Origin: the human T2T-CHM13v2.0 reference genome, Homo sapiens
Strand: one strand, 5' to 3'
Assembly (NCBI RefSeq): GCF_009914755.1
Contig: NC_060939.1
Length of the DNA: 64,000 bases
Positions 1 through 24,832 of this stretch are shown here, piece after piece; positions within the stretch are counted from its first letter, which is position 1, and each line of letters opens with the position of its first letter. Below the pieces are notes generated by a model. That model was given only the letters and a program-made list of their open reading frames with translations, was not told the origin of the DNA and ran no database searches. The position numbers and the translations under genes are program-made.

Positions 1-1994
1 GTCACCCAGGCTCGAGGGCAGTGATGTTACCATGGCTCCTTGCAGCCTTGACCTTCTAGGCTCAAACAATCCTCCCGCTTCAGCTTCCCAAGTAGCTGGG
101 ACTACAGGCACGTGCCACCATGCCTGGCTAATTTTTTTTTTTTTTTTAAACTTTTTAGAGATGTGGTCTTGCTCTGTTGCCCAGGCTGGTCTCGAACTCC
201 TAGCCTGAAGCAGTTCTTCCACCTTGGCCTCCAAAAGTGCTGGGATTATAGGCTGAGCTGCCATACCCAGCCCTCTTTCTTTTTAACTTTAATACTTTTA
301 GCAATACTGTCCTTGATCTGGGTGACTGGAACTACATTATATATACAATCTAAATTCTAAGAGTAGAGTTAGAAAGTATCAAAGGACAGGTCCATCGGAA
401 GGCCAAGTGTACACCTCCTTATTGAGACTGAAGTTCAGGCTAGGTTGTGCATCACCACTTGATACTAGACTTGGTATTTAAACTGCCTTTTCTCAGCTAA
501 AGTTTCTTAAGCTTGTTAGACATTAAACTGAAGTATGTAGCCATGCAATTCAAATCAGCCTTAGTCTTAATTTAAAAGTGAGTAGTTATTGTTTCTTGAC
601 CTCTGTCAGACAAGAGGAGCTACATTTTGATGATAGTGTAGACTTTGTATTACAGAACAAATTATGTAATAAAAGCTTAGTACATGTTTGTTGAATTAAA
701 TAATCAGGACCTCGGTAATTTTCTCTTTCATCATCTTAAGCAATCCAGTTATCTTATGAATGACTTCTTCTGGTTCATGCATTGATATAAAATTATTACA
801 CTAAATGGTCAAGAAGGACTAGAATCCAGGATGATTGTTCCAGAGCTTTGTGTTCAGTCCACTAGGTCAGTTTCTACCTGTGTCACCAAATGTGGTGGAG
901 AAGAGCTTGCTGAGTTAATTAAGCACCACGTAAACGTTAAACCACAAGAGGAAAAGAGCGTGAAGTCTCCTGGGTACAGTAGGAGTATTTTATTATCTTC
1001 CGTCTTTGCTAGCATATATTACAAAGAGGGTGGAGGTATACATTTTATCTGTCTGTAAGTAAACTTCTTGAAGGCAGGAGTAAAATCTAGTTTATAATCT
1101 TTTTTTTAACTTTTTATCTGGAAATAATTTTAAACTTGAAGTTACAAGAACAATACAAGATAACTTTTATTCTGATACCCAGATTCACCAATTGTTAACA
1201 TTTTGTCACATACTTCACTGTTTATTTCCTATAGAAAGGACATTCTCAGATCAAAATCAAGAAAGTTGCATTTTGAAACAGTACCATTATGTAATATTCC
1301 ATATTTTATATGGTCCATGCTTCATTTTCACATATTATCCAATAATGTCCTTATAGCAGTTTTTTTCCTAGTCCGGGATCATGTGTTGGGTTTTGTTGTG
1401 TGTCTCTTTAGCCCCCCCTTGATCTGGAACAATCCTCTGCTTTTCTTTGTCCTCCATGACATTGATATTTTTGAAGACTGCAGCACAGATAAGTTGTAGA
1501 CAGCTTTGTATTCTTGGCCCAGGAACCAACAAAAGAAAGTTTTTAAAAAATACTTATTGAAAAATTGGGGGACTGGGTGCGGTGGCTCACGCCTGTAATC
1601 CCAGGACTTTGGGAGGCTGAGGTGGGTGGATCACCTGAGGTCAGGAGTTCAAGACCAGCCTGGCCAATGTGGTAAAACCCCACCTCTACTAAAAATACAA
1701 AAATTGGCCGGGCATGGTAGCACCCGCTTGTAATGCTAGCTACTTGGGAGACTGAAGCAGTAGAATCGCTTGAACCCGGGAGGAGGAGGTTGCAGTGAAC
1801 CCAGAGATCAAGCCACTACACTCCAGCCTGGGAGCGAAACTCCATCTCAAAAAAATAAAAATAAAGAATTTGGGGGAGAGTAACTTTCATTCAAAAGGTT
1901 CAATATTAGGGCTGGGCACCGTGGCTCACTCCTGTAATCCCACCCAGCACTTTGGGAGGCCGAGGCCGGCAGATCACCTGAGGTCAGGAGTTCA

Positions 1995-2256
<262 letters not shown>

Positions 2257-3089
2257 TTACAGACTTAGATTTAAATCACAGTTCTGCTACTTAGGAGTAG
2301 TGTGGCTTTGGGCAAGTTACTTTATCTTCCTGACTCTCAATTTCCTCAGCTCTAAAAGGGTATACATAAAACATTGGCGTGAAGAAATGAGAATAATGTA
2401 TGTAAACAGAGCAGCACATGATATATATGTGATGAATGGTAACTGACAATATTCGCTTTGGTATAACCTCGCCTAAGTCATGTGAGGATGACTGCTCTTG
2501 TCATGTTTGAGGGTTAAATACTTCTGTAGCCCTAGTCCACAGAACATGGAAATGGAGAAAAAGCCAGAGTCAGAACAAGGAAATCAATTGGTTGTCACAT
2601 TATTTCCTTGCATGTAAATAGCACCTAAGAATTCCTTGCATTTTGTAAGTGCCTAAAAATCTTAACAAGGATATGGAGACCCCTCTAAGTGTTTGTCCCC
2701 ATATTCAAGTTCTGCAGTATTTGATACTTTCCATTTGCTGTTCACTTTCCAAACTTAATAACTAGGTACGCAATGCTAATGTTCAAGAAATCATTTACTA
2801 AGGGACAGCTTAGTATTTGTCCATCAGTTGGCTTATTGACGTAACCTGTGTGCTAAATTCACTGGAATGTGGCGTAATCAAATCTGGCTCCTTCCACTTC
2901 TGAGTTGGTGCAAGAAACACTTGGCAGCTATTAAAGTGCTATTCTTTGCAGTTATTTGGTATAATTTGCCACAGAAGTAAATTCCAGGAGGTAATATTCT
3001 TGCTAGGTTACACCCTGTTACCTCCTGACTTAAGGAGTTCATGCTAAGGGCAATGATCTCTATCTAACTCAAGGTGATTCTCTTGGCAG

Positions 3090-3170
3090 CCGGGAAGATT
3101 TCCAGAGGATTCCAGAACTTGCCATCAACCCACTGGGGGACCGGATCATCAATGCCTTCTTTCCAGAGGG
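3090..3170 (+). CDS. CHP1: CHP1 internal coding exon (probably exon 3): (S)REDFQRIPELAINPLGDRIINAFFPE(G)
   Basis: Acceptor ttggcag| at 3089, donor |gtgagt at 3171, 81 nt. The translation matches the CHP1/calcineurin B-like protein as I know it and is in phase with the next exon. Upstream exons lie outside the window. Confidence 0.96.
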
Positions 3171-3574
3171 GTGAGTCAGTACAGTTGTTGGACTTCCTTC
3201 CTGAGGCTATCACAACCTAAATTATTTGCTAATCTGGAATAATGATATTGGTTGTGCCATCTCAGACTGTGATACCCCCTGATTATATTGAGCAATTCTA
3301 ATTTTGTCATTTCTAGAATATCTCTTCTGTTCTACCCTCCTGTGTGTTTTAAACTTCAAATAGATATATGAGCCTATCTTCAAAATTCTTATGTTTATCA
3401 TTGATGTAAAACTAGACTTTTAAAAAATGTTTATTTGGAAATAATTTCAAATTTACAAAAAAGTTGCAAAAGTTAAAAGTAATTCGGAGAATACTTGTAT
3501 ATTTATTGCCCTGATGCATCTACTGTTATATTGTTAACATTTTGCCTCATTTGTGTGCTCTCTTCTTAGTAGTA

Positions 3575-4170
<596 letters not shown>

Positions 4171-4242
4171 CTTGTACACCCGTGCTTACTCTACATACCC
4201 TCTCTTGCAGACACTTTTTCCCTCTCTCTTTCCCCTCTCTCT

Positions 4243-4370
4243 ACCTACACATACTCTACGTGTGTGTGTATATACATACATACATGCCTACATGTACGTA
4301 CATACATACACATACATACATGTATGTATATACACATACTTATGTAATTTTTTTGTGTATGTGTGTTCAC
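4243..4370. repeat. Degenerate (CATA)n/(TG)n alternating purine-pyrimidine microsatellite
   Basis: Seen directly. It generates the ORFs at 4139-4453. Confidence 0.9.
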
Positions 4371-5997
4371 ATAATTGTATTTCTGAACTATTTCAGGGTA
4401 AGTTGCATAGTAATGACCCTTTACCTCTGAATGCACCAGTGTGTGTTTGCTAAGAATAGGGACATTCTTTTACATATCCATAGTATAGTTATCTACTTCA
4501 GTAAACTTAACATTGATACAATCCTCTTATCTAATCTATTACTCTGTTTTATTAACATATTATCCAGTTTATTCTAATTTATATTCATATTCCAATTTTG
4601 TCATCCAATAATCTGTTTTATAGCACTTCCCCGCCTCCAGTACAGGATCTAGTCTGGGTCAGTTGTCATGTCTCTTTAGCCTCCTTTAATCTGGAACATT
4701 TCCCCAGCCTTTATTTTACTTTCGTGATATTGAATAAACATAGTTCTCACCACATATGCTTTGTCAAGTAGATTGTTCTTAATGTGGGTTTTTCTAACAT
4801 GAAACTAGTCTTTTGATATGCTTTACTACCTAATACACTGCCTTCACAGTAGTGAGTAAATATTTACTGATTTGATTAGGTACCTTTTCAACAATAAAAC
4901 TTACATATAAGCTTGTTTTAAGTAATTTCCTAAACAATCTATTCCTGGTTTATATGGATAGTCTATGACCCACAGGACTTCAAAATATTATATGGGTGCC
5001 AGTTTTTAATAATGAGACTGTCAATGAGGACACTGTCAGATAAAATGCCTGGAGAGGAAATTTTAGAACTCTAAATTGAGAGCAAAGGAATTTGCTAGTT
5101 GAGAGGGTTGGGCATTCAGGAAATGTGAGTGAAAGTCAGAAGGGGAATTAGGTCGGGCAGTTAGTTCATGTAAAGATGGGAATCAAATCACGTTGACTAT
5201 GAGGAATCTTATGCCCTCTTTCATTTTTTCCTTTCTCTCTCCTTGAACTGCCCTGTTTGTTTCAGGTGTGGTTTTTATGCTGAATTCTTCCTTTTTTCTA
5301 ATTCCTCTTTTACCCCTGCAAAGCATTGAACCCTATCCAGAGATAACTTTCACAGCTATGCTTTGTATCCAAACCTTTTGCAATGAAAAGTAAACCCAGG
5401 AGAGTCACTTTGCCAACTTTTTTTCAGAATTCCTTAGTCACCATTGATTACTTGAAGAAGCAGCTTGTGGGAAGCTGTTTTGTAAGACTAAACTACATTT
5501 GCTGTGACTACAATATCACCTGTCATTCTGTCCACCAATCTACTGCTAAGGAAATGGGACAGAGTGCATATGAGGAAGTGGAGGGCTCTACTGGGCTGCA
5601 CTGCTTAGCTCTTAGCAAGCTGCGACTCTGCTTCTTGCTCTAATCAGATAGATATATTTGGCTTCTGGGTTTTTCTTTCTTCCCTAGGCATATGCACATT
5701 GGGGCTTTTTTTTTTTTTTTTTTAAAGAATGAGATTTGAAAGTGGACCATGGTTATTCAATTCCCTTTTACCCAGAAACTTTATGCTAGCAATAATCATT
5801 AATGTGTTTTTTCTAGCATATGTTTTAAACTTTACTCCACATTACTTGATTCCTCAGATCTGACATTTTTGACCAGATACTGGTCCATTAGCAGTATAGA
5901 TACATCGAAGAACTAAAAGGTCATTCTTTTGTTTTGTTTTTTGTTTTTTTGAGACGGAGTCTCCCTCTGTCTCCCAGGCTGGCATGCAGTGGTGTGA

Positions 5998-6222
<225 letters not shown>

Positions 6223-6470
6223 TGAGTACAGATGGCTCACAGGCTAGCCTTTGAACTCTGCCTTTAGAAGGGCTATGAACTGCATGTCTATAGAGCACAG
6301 AAGAGAACCTACATACCTCAGCTATTCGGTGGGGCACAGAAAGGCTGGGGTTTTTTTTTTTTTTAGGTAACCACAGGAACCAGGCCATCTGCCTTAGATA
6401 AATAAATTATATTATGTTACATGGGGCATTCTTTTTTAATATTAAAGAACATTCTTCATTCAAGTTTTGA

Positions 6471-6833
<363 letters not shown>

Positions 6834-7227
6834 TGAAGTGCTGGGATTATAGACGTGAGCCACTGTGCCTGGCCTAAAAGATTATTTAGAGAAAAATTAT
6901 CCAATTATGAGGGAATAATAAAATCATGATGTGTCCACAGAATTATGCATATGTTTTAAATGTTTCAAAGTATTTATATTGATTGGAGAAATGCTTAAAA
7001 GTTAAAAAAAAAGGCAGGATACTAATACAGTTATCTGAAAAGCATAGAAAAGTTACTAGAAGAAAATGCATTCATATATATATGAGGGAGTCTTGCACCG
7101 TCACCTGGGCTGGAGTGCAGTGGCGCAGTCTCGGCTCACGCAACTTCTGCCTCCTGTGTGTTCAAGTGATTCTCCCACCTCAGCCTCCCAAATAACTGGC
7201 AGTATAAGCGTGAGCCACCATGCCTGG

Positions 7228-7355
7228 CTGATTGATTGATTGATTAATTGATTGATTCCTTCCTTCCTTCCTTTCCTCCCTCCCTTCCTTCCTTTTCCTT
7301 TCCTTTTCCTTCCTTTTCCTTTCCTTTCCCTTTCCTTTCCTTTTCTTTTTTTTTG
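7228..7355. repeat. (ATTG)n followed by a (CCTT/CCTTT)n polypyrimidine tract, derived from an Alu tail
   Basis: Seen directly between two antisense Alus. Confidence 0.9.
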
Positions 7356-7910
7356 ACATAGTCTTGCTGTGTCACCCAGGCTGGAGTGCAGTGGTGCAAT
7401 CTAGGCTCACTGCAGCCTCTGCCTCCCAGTTTCAAGCGATTCTCCTGCCTCACCCTCCCGAGTAGCTGGGATTACAGGTGCCCACTACCACGTCCAGCTA
7501 ATTTTTTTGTATTTTTAGTAGAGACAGGGTTTTACCATGTTGGTCAGGCTGGTCTCAACTCCTGGCCTCAAGTGATCTGCCTGCCTCAGCCTCCCAAAGT
7601 ATTAGGATGATGGGCATGGACCACCGTGCCCAGCCAGAAAATATATTTATATTAACTGTGGTTGTAATTGGTAGAACTCGGATCAGTATTTTTCTATCTA
7701 CTTTTCTTTTTTCCACATTTTCAAATTTATGTTTGCTTTTATAATTAAATAAACTTGGCTGGGCATGGTGGCTCATGCCTGTAATCCCAGCACTTTGGGA
7801 GGCCGAGGTGGGCAGATCATGAGGTCAGGAGATTGAGACGATCCTAGCTAACACGGTGAAACCCTGTCTGTACTAAAAATACAAAAAATTAGGCTGGGTG
7901 CAGCAGCTCA

Positions 7911-8374
<464 letters not shown>

Positions 8375-8935
8375 TTATAAGCAGAGCAAGACTCTGTCTC
8401 AAAATAAATAAATAAATAAGAAAAATTAAAAATTAAATAAACTTTATTTTAAAAGCGGCCTTTCCATAATGTGCCTTAATTTTAAAATATCCCTTGGTAT
8501 ACATTACTGCAGGGGAGATGGGGGAGATGTGGGAGGTGGCTGAGGAGTCATTGGGCTGCCTGTGGCTCGCTGCAGAGTTCAAAGCAATGAGTTCAAGTTC
8601 TGGCTGTCTTGTATAGTGCTGGCACTACTCTACATTCATTTTTTGGAAAACAGATGCAAGTAAATTCAATAGATAACTTTATCCCTGGTAAGTCCTGTTA
8701 CCTAAATCTGGTTAAATCATTTATAAAGTGGGAGTAATAGCACCTGCCTTACAAGGTTGGGGTGAGGCTTAAATGATATGGTACTGTGAGTCCCAAAGTA
8801 CCATGCGTATGGAAAGAAACCTCATTAAATGACCTTTCAGGCTACCGTAGCTAAAGCTGTTGCCAGTATATTTAATTCATAAGAAATAATCACCGTGATT
8901 GACATGGTGTTGTGTTTGTTATATTTCACAATCAG

Positions 8936-9063
8936 AGAGGACCAGGTAAACTTCCGTGGATTCATGCGAACTTTGGCTCATTTCCGCCCCATTGAGGATA
9001 ATGAAAAGAGCAAAGATGTGAATGGACCCGAACCACTCAACAGCCGAAGCAACAAACTGCACT
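8936..9063 (+). CDS. CHP1: CHP1 coding exon: (G)EDQVNFRGFMRTLAHFRPIEDNEKSKDVNGPEPLNSRSNKLH(F)
   Basis: atcag| acceptor, |gtaagg donor, 128 nt. The peptide is visible inside ORF 8895..9113. Phase 2 in and phase 1 out fit the neighbouring exons. Confidence 0.97.
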
Positions 9064-9159
9064 GTAAGGAGCTAAAGTCTTCTGGCTTAAAATACTTGCT
9101 TTTCATTTCTTAAAAGTCATGTATTTACTCACTCATTATTTGAACAAGCATCTACAAGA

Positions 9160-9410
9160 GCATACTGGTTAAGACCTCAGACTCTGGAGCTAAACTGGCC
9201 AAGATTAAATACTAGTCTACCCTTTTTTGGTCGTGTGACTTTGGGCAAGGTACTTAACCTCTTTGGGCTTCAGTTTTCTCTTCTGTAAAATAGGATACTA
9301 AGGGGTTCCACATTGGATTGTTGTGAGGATTAAATGAGTTAATAAATGTCAAGTGCTTCACATAGTGCCTGGCATATACTAGGTACTTAATAAGTGTTAC
9401 CTAGTATCAT
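9160..9410 (+). mobile_element. MIR SINE (further MIR fragments near 2250-2440, 8700-8830 and 53050-53260)
   Basis: Core tgtgactttgggcaaggtacttaacctct...tcagttttctcttctgtaaaat...ggattaaatgagttaat. Confidence 0.8.
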
Positions 9411-9729
9411 TATAATTCATTGAGCACCTACCGTGTGCCAGGCACTGTGTTAAGTGCTAGCATGGCAATAGTGAACAAGACCCAGGCCCCACCTTTAAGG
9501 AATAATGGCAATCCTCAGCTCATCTTAGAATTTGATAGACACTGGATGTGACTTAAGTAATGGGGGACAGCTGGATACAGTGCAAGATTTAATTTTTATA
9601 CCCGTGTCTCATGCCTCTTTTCCTTTAATACTTGTTTGCCTTCCCTTCTGCCCTTATTGGTTCATGTACAATATTGCCCAATCCCTTACAACACTTCTCC
9701 AGGAAATTGAAATTAAATTTATCTTTTTA

Positions 9730-10167
<438 letters not shown>

Positions 10168-10631
10168 TTAGCTCACTTTACAAGTCAGATTAGGCCGGCA
10201 GGAGGGTTGATTCTGTTTCAAGAACTAGGGATTTTTCTCTTTACTCTGCCATCCTCATAGTCTGTTTTATCCTAAAGTATTATGGTCACATGGCAGCTCT
10301 CAGTTGTTAACAGGGCTTTTTTTTTTCTTGTTCACATCTGGCAGTAGAGGAAGAGAGATATATATAGAGAGAGATCGAGACTGAAATTGAGCAACACTCC
10401 TCCCAAGCATGGAATGTAAGTCCTTCCCCTCACTTTGATAAGTCAGTTCAGGTCAGGAGAGTGCGAGTGCCGAGGAGATTAGGCTAATGAGATTCCCCTC
10501 CTGATGCTGTGATTGGGGTTCTGCTAAGGAAAAAGGTTGGAATGCCACAGAAATGGCAGACTTCAGGATGAGATAGAATAATAACAAAGTGCTATGCAGG
10601 TTATGCTTGGTTTTATTTTGTTTTTGCTTAA

Positions 10632-10781
<150 letters not shown>

Positions 10782-10799
10782 TAATTTTTTATTTTCTAA

Positions 10800-10991
<192 letters not shown>

Positions 10992-11437
10992 TAGAATTCT
11001 GTTGCAGTCTATGTATAGGGATCACATTCATGTAATTAGACCAGTAAAACCGAAGCTATTCTAATGCCAAAGAAAAGACTAGAAGAGTCCGAGAAGTCCT
11101 CAATTTCTGTCTAAATGTGTTGCTTCTCTTTGAAGTTCCCACAGGGCTGTATAAGCTGTAGCATGGTGCCTCTTACTGTAGACTGAGAGCAATTGAATGT
11201 CATATACCTAGCAATACATTTGCCACTGAGACACATTTACCTTAGAGAAAGGGGATGTGGGCCAGGTGCGGTGGCTCACGCCTGTAATCCCAGCACTTTG
11301 GGAGGCTGAGGCAGGCGGATCACCTGAGGTCAGGAGTTCGAGACAAGTCTGGCCAACATAGTGAAACCCCATTTCTACAAAAATACAAAAAAAATTAGCC
11401 AGGCATAATGGTGGATGCCTGTAATCCCAGCTACTCA

Positions 11438-11587
<150 letters not shown>

Positions 11588-11590
11588 TTA

Positions 11591-11972
<382 letters not shown>

Positions 11973-12134
11973 TCAGGAACTCTGAGAACACACTTTGTTC
12001 TATTTCTTTTCTAAGCCACGGTGAGAGAATTTTAATCACGATCAGCAAGGCTGAACTATGCCCATGTAGGCACAGGCCCAAGCACACATAGTGCCACTCT
12101 GCTCTTCTGTTTGTCTCCTGGAAGTGGTACCTTA

Positions 12135-12460
<326 letters not shown>

Positions 12461-12767
12461 TCAAAGAATAATAATAATAATAGTAATAATAGTGCTTTGT
12501 GTAAAAGGTACAACCCTATCTACAGGTGGATAGTGTTTAAAAAAAAAAAAGTGAAAGGTATAATTCATCTTAGGCCCAGGGCATGGTAAGTAAGAGAGAA
12601 GTCTAGAGGTCTACAGGTTTTCCTTCCCACATTCTAATTGTCTTCTTAAATGGTTTAAGTTTTTATAACACATAATGATGTGGAAAGTAAAGAGTCTACA
12701 TTAGAATATTTTTCTTGGGTGTTGAGGAGTATAGGCGGAGTAGAGCTTGGGAGAGTAGCCAGGAAGA

Positions 12768-14215
<1,448 letters not shown>

Positions 14216-14945
14216 CTATTTTAGGCCCAGGATACAGTGATGAATAAATCAGGTAAGGCCCTTGCTTTCTTAGAACTTATGATCTAATAAGAGAGACAGA
14301 CTATAGAGAAGACGGGTGAATAAACAAGATTTATTGTGGTGACAAGGTCTGTGAAGGAAGTGAATACATGAGATGAGAAAGGCATAGGGAGATGTCACTA
14401 TAGAAAGAGTGGTCAGTGAAAACCTCTCTGAGGAGTTGAAATTTGAGCTGAAGGCCCAGGCACAGTGGCTTACACCTATAATCCCAGCACTTTGGGAGGC
14501 TGAGGCAGGAGGATTGCTTGAGCCCAGGTGTTCAAGACCAGCTGTCTGGGCGCAGTGGCTCATGCCTGTAATCCCAGGGCTTTGGCAGGCTGAGGCAGGT
14601 AGATCACAAGGTCAAGAGATCGAGACCATCCTGGCCAACATGGTGAAACCCCATCTCTACTAAAAATACAAAAATTAGCTGGGCGTGGTGGCACATGCCT
14701 ATAATCCCAGCTACTCGGGAGTCTGAGGCAGAATTGCTTGAACCCGGGAGGCGGAGGTTACAGTGAACCGAGATCATGCCACTGCACTCCAGCCTGGGCG
14801 ACAGAGCAAGACTCCATCTCAAAAAAAAAAAAAATTCAGGCCAGGCGCGATGGCTCACGCCTGTAATCCCAGCACTTTGGGAGGCCGAGGTGGTTAGATC
14901 ATGCGGTTAGATCATGAGGTTAGGAGATCGAGACCATCCTGGCTA

Positions 14946-15186
<241 letters not shown>

Positions 15187-16735
15187 TCACCAGCCTGGGC
15201 AACACAGTGAGACCCTAGCTCTACAAAAATTTTTAAAAATTAGCCAGGTGTGGTGTCTGTGGTCCCAACTACTCTGGAGGCTGAGGTGAGAGGATCCTTT
15301 GAGCCTGGGAGGTTGAGGCTGTAGTGAGTCATGATTGTGCTACTGCACTCCAGCCTGGGAGACAGAGCAGGACCCTGTCTGAAAAAAATAAATAAATAAA
15401 ATAAAATAAACCAACCAAATTAAACAGAGCAGAAAAAAAAATACATATATATGAAGTCTCTCCTAGCTACTTCCTTTCTCTGGAATTCTGATATATACCT
15501 TACAAGGAGTAAATTAGATTTTAAAATTACTTTTATGTCATCTTAGTGGACTCACCATTTTATTTTGGAGGGGAGTGATATTTAAACCTGTAGATATTAA
15601 TCCATGTTCTTATGCCTTTGTGCCTAATAATCGCTCTGCCTGGAATGACCACCCCTTGTCTCATTTCTGTTTGTCTTTCAAGGCCTTGTTCAAATGTTAC
15701 CTCTCCTTGATATTTCCCCAGCTGCACCAGAAAGCCACGTCTGCCATACACTTTGTTCCCCCAGCATTTTGGATATGTTGTAGTGCTTAGGATGTACTCG
15801 AGAGTCGTGTGTCTTGCCCTCCTCTACTAGATAGTGAGTTCCTAAGGACAGAGTCTAAATCCATGGATCTTAATAGCTCTAGAGCAGTGGATTCGGGCCT
15901 TTTAGTATTTGCAGCACTCTATTTAAGACCCTTAATCTTAGTGGCATTCTTGAAGTGATTCAAAACCTAAAAACCAAGCTAAATTCAGTTGTGGGACAAG
16001 ACATTCACATCCTCAGGCTGGCGATTTGTCACGGCACCTATAAAATCACCCAGTGTTATCACCCTATTCTCTTGGTAGCCCTTCAGCAACATGGCAGAAA
16101 TCTAATGATTTTGCTTTCTGATTCCTATCTCATGGACCCAAGCAAAGTTCTCCTATCTCCTAGTTTCTAGAAGGCTTAAAGAGAAAGAAACATGATAAAG
16201 CCAGGAGACCATCTGAGCCATCATATTTATTTGAAACTCAATTTCTTTACCTCCAGGACTCCCAAGTGGTAGAGAATTACTTGAAATTTGAGACAATTTT
16301 GCCCAGGAGGCTCTATTCCCAAAGCTGTGGTCAGCTCTCATGGTGCCTGTGTGGTGCCTATTGTTGGTTTTCCCTGAGTGGTACCTGGTAGATTTGATGT
16401 TTGTGTGAGGTGACCTAATTTACAGAACCACGTAAGGAGTGTTTTGGGGGGGGGCGTTTAACATTCTAGGTTAAGAAAAAGGACATTTGGCTTTCTTTGT
16501 ATGAAGTTTTCTGATTTGTTGGAAGAGGGACCATACTTCATCTAATCTAAGAACTCATCAATTCTCAATTCTTCAGTGTTACAACTTTTTAAAAGCCCTA
16601 CAAGTAATGGCAATTGTTCTTGGAAAATCGATTAATTGGCTGTCAGTTTTCTGTCTAGTGTCTTATATATTTAGTTCCTTGAGAAGGGGCAACACACTAC
16701 AGAATTTTGACTAACTTTGTGTTTTTCCCTTACAG

Positions 16736-16797
16736 TTGCTTTTCGACTATATGATTTGGATAAAGATGAAAAGATCTCCCGTGATGAGCTGTTACAG
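16736..16797 (+). CDS. CHP1: CHP1 coding exon with EF-hand loop DLDKDEKISRDE: (F)AFRLYDLDKDEKISRDELLQ
   Basis: Branch point tgactaac at 16708-16715, polypyrimidine tract, tacag| acceptor, |gtatgt donor, 62 nt. Confidence 0.97.
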
Positions 16798-17246
16798 GTA
16801 TGTGGAGAGCTCCTCGAGAACTTGTGCTTGGACTCTGCCTGCTTATTAGTGTGGGCAGGAACTATTCTTTCCTTTAGTAAGCATTTATTTAATACCTGCT
16901 ATGTGCAGAGTCCTGTCCTGGTTATAAGACAAAGGAGATGACCTGGGAAAACTTGAAATGGCTCATTGTGTTTTCATAGACAGATGTCTCCACTATTTAA
17001 AAGCTAACTAGGCTGGGCATGGTGGCTCACGCCTGTAATCCCAGCATTTTGGGATGCCAAGGCAGGCAGATCACCTGAGGTCAGGAGTTCAAGGGCAGCC
17101 TGGCCAACATGGTAAAAACCCATTTCTAGTAAAAATACAAAAATTAGCCATCGGCCGGGCGCTTTGGCTCACACCTGTAATCCCAGCACTTTGGAAGGCC
17201 GAGGCAGGTGGATCACGAGGTCAGGAGATCGAGACCATCCTGGCTA

Positions 17247-17677
<431 letters not shown>

Positions 17678-18189
17678 TCAGATAATTCAGTTATTGCCAA
17701 ATCAGATTATTGGCAGCCAGGTAATTCTGATGACACTTAGTTAAATGCTGTTATTTAGTCTGTCCTTAGGGTTGACTAAGAGTCAAGGAGCTGCTGCTGT
17801 GCTGGTGTACCCTGAGCTAACTGCCACTGTTCTTTGTTGCTCCTAGGGATAATTCCCTGTTTTCCTACTAGCAGTGACTGGCATTTCATCCTAGGATGAA
17901 ATTACTCAGGGCAGATTCAGGAGCAACCCAACGTATTCTTACATTTCTATCAGCAAAAACCAAAACAGTCTTCAGGTCAGTGTTAGCGTCCCTTGCTTTT
18001 GAGTTGGGAATTTCTTCAGCGAGAAGCGTTTATTTTCTTGAAAGTTGCCACATATGGGCTTCTGTGTTCTGAAGAAAAAAAGACAGTAGCAGTCACTCTA
18101 TAGTTGCATGTGTTTATGCTCTGGCCCAGATCTGACCTCAGGTTATCCACCCGCCTCGGCCTCTCAAAGTGTTGGGATTACAGGCGTGA

Positions 18190-20267
<2,078 letters not shown>

Positions 20268-20945
20268 TAGCTGGGACTATAGGCACCTGCCACCACGCCT
20301 GGCTAATTTTTGTATTTTTAGTAGAGACGGGGTTTCACCGTATTGGCCAGGCTGGTCTTGAACTCCTGACCTTGTGATCAGCCCACCTTGGCCTCCCAAA
20401 GTGCTGGGATTACAGGCATGAGCCACCGCACCTGGCCTAATAACTTTTGACTGGAACAATAAGTGGCAACATGGACAGGTAGAGGGAGCACTGAGCTGGG
20501 AATGGAGGCCTGGGCAGATAGCTCATGCCACTGGTTCCTGGGACCTGAGTCAAGCCACCTCTGGGCTGTTTCATGTCCTTATTAACAGATCGGATGAGAT
20601 AACCTTTTTTTTCTTTTTTGAGACAGTCTCACTACATTTCCCAGGCTGGCTTGAATGCTTAGGCTCAAGTGATCCTCTGGCCTTAGCCTTCCAAGTAGGT
20701 GGGTCCAGTAGCTGGGACTACATGCATGTGTCACTGCACCTGGTGAAATGATGTTAAAGACACCACTACTTTTATCCCGACCCTCCGACTCACACTATAG
20801 ATACCCATACATAATCCAGTTTTCTAATTCTACAAATAAAACACCTCAGAAAAATTTGGTCTGGGATCTGAAGAAGCTGCTGTCTGAGGTTGGATTCATC
20901 TGCTTGGCAACACACAGGGAATGTGGCAAATGGGTTGTCTATTGA

Positions 20946-21092
<147 letters not shown>

Positions 21093-21284
21093 TGAGTAGC
21101 TGGGATTATAGGCGCGCACTACCATGCCCGGCTAATTTTTGTATTCTTAGTCGAGACGGGTTTCACCATGTTGGTCAGGCTGGTCTCCAACTCCTGACCT
21201 CGTCATCCACCTGCCTCAGCCTCCCAAAGTCCTGGGATTACAGGCGTGAGCCACCACATCCGGTGCATTGTCTCTTTTTATTAA

Positions 21285-21569
<285 letters not shown>

Positions 21570-21836
21570 TGATCTGCCTACCTCGGCCTCCCAAAGCTTT
21601 GGGATTACAGGTGTGAGCCACCACCCCCGGCCAAAACTTCTGATTTTCAAGAATTGGTTTATTTAAAAAATAATCAGTTTGGATACAAATCAGTATTTCA
21701 GCTTTTTTTCTTTTTAGAAAATCATGTAATTTACTATTGATGGATTGGTTGATTGACTGATAGGGTCTCCCTCTGCTGCCTACTCTGGAGTGCAGCAACT
21801 ATTCACAGGCATGATCATAGCACACTGCAGCCTTGA

Positions 21837-22441
<605 letters not shown>

Positions 22442-23297
22442 TCATGAGATTGTAGAAGGGAGTAAAGGAGTGGAGGAAAGGAAGTCTATGAGCCACTGGG
22501 CTAGAGGCCCTTTCCTTTCTGTGGAAAAGCTCAGTTCTTGCCATCTGAAGACAGAGGTGGCTGACTGCAATAATAATATAAGGAGTCAGAAAGGTACCCT
22601 GTCTCCCATTTCATATTGCCTAAGAACCAGCCTTTCCATATTGCCTGACAGTCAAATTGTTAAAGTTGCTTATTTTGTTTAAGGAAGCAATTTTCAAAGT
22701 ATGTTCACACCCTAAAGGTGTTAATAGAATTCCCAGGGGCCCAAGGATTGGTTAAGTTTAAGACAGATTTGGTGAAACAGTGTTAAATTCTCTTACTCAA
22801 TTCTCGCAGCCTTTTAATTGTGCTTGTTATTTTTCTCAGAAGGGGATTTAGCATTTAACTCTTCAAGGATTTTTATGTTTTCTTGGGCCATACTTTAGGA
22901 ATAGTTGGCTTAATGCAGCACTTCGAAGAGGACGACATTTTGGGTGGGATTTCAGAAAGCCCCACCAAACTGATTTAAATCAATAAGGAACTAGTTAGGC
23001 TCACGCAACAAGAATGTTTGGCATAGATTGTCCAGGCTGGTACAGTACCTAACTGATGTCCAGGAACCAGGCTTATTCTGTGTTCCTGCCCTGGCATCCA
23101 TAGCTCATATTACTCACCTCATGGCTCCAGGGTGGCTGCAGTGCCACCAGACAGAATGAGGTAAGAAGAATGAGGAAGGGCAAAATGCAAAGGACTCTCC
23201 CTTAGTCTTTGTCTTCTTATCCAGTCACCTAGATAAGTTCTGCTTACATCATTGCCTAGATGAGAAGATAAAGGTTTCAGCCTTTTAGCTGTTACTT

Positions 23298-24832
<1,535 letters not shown>
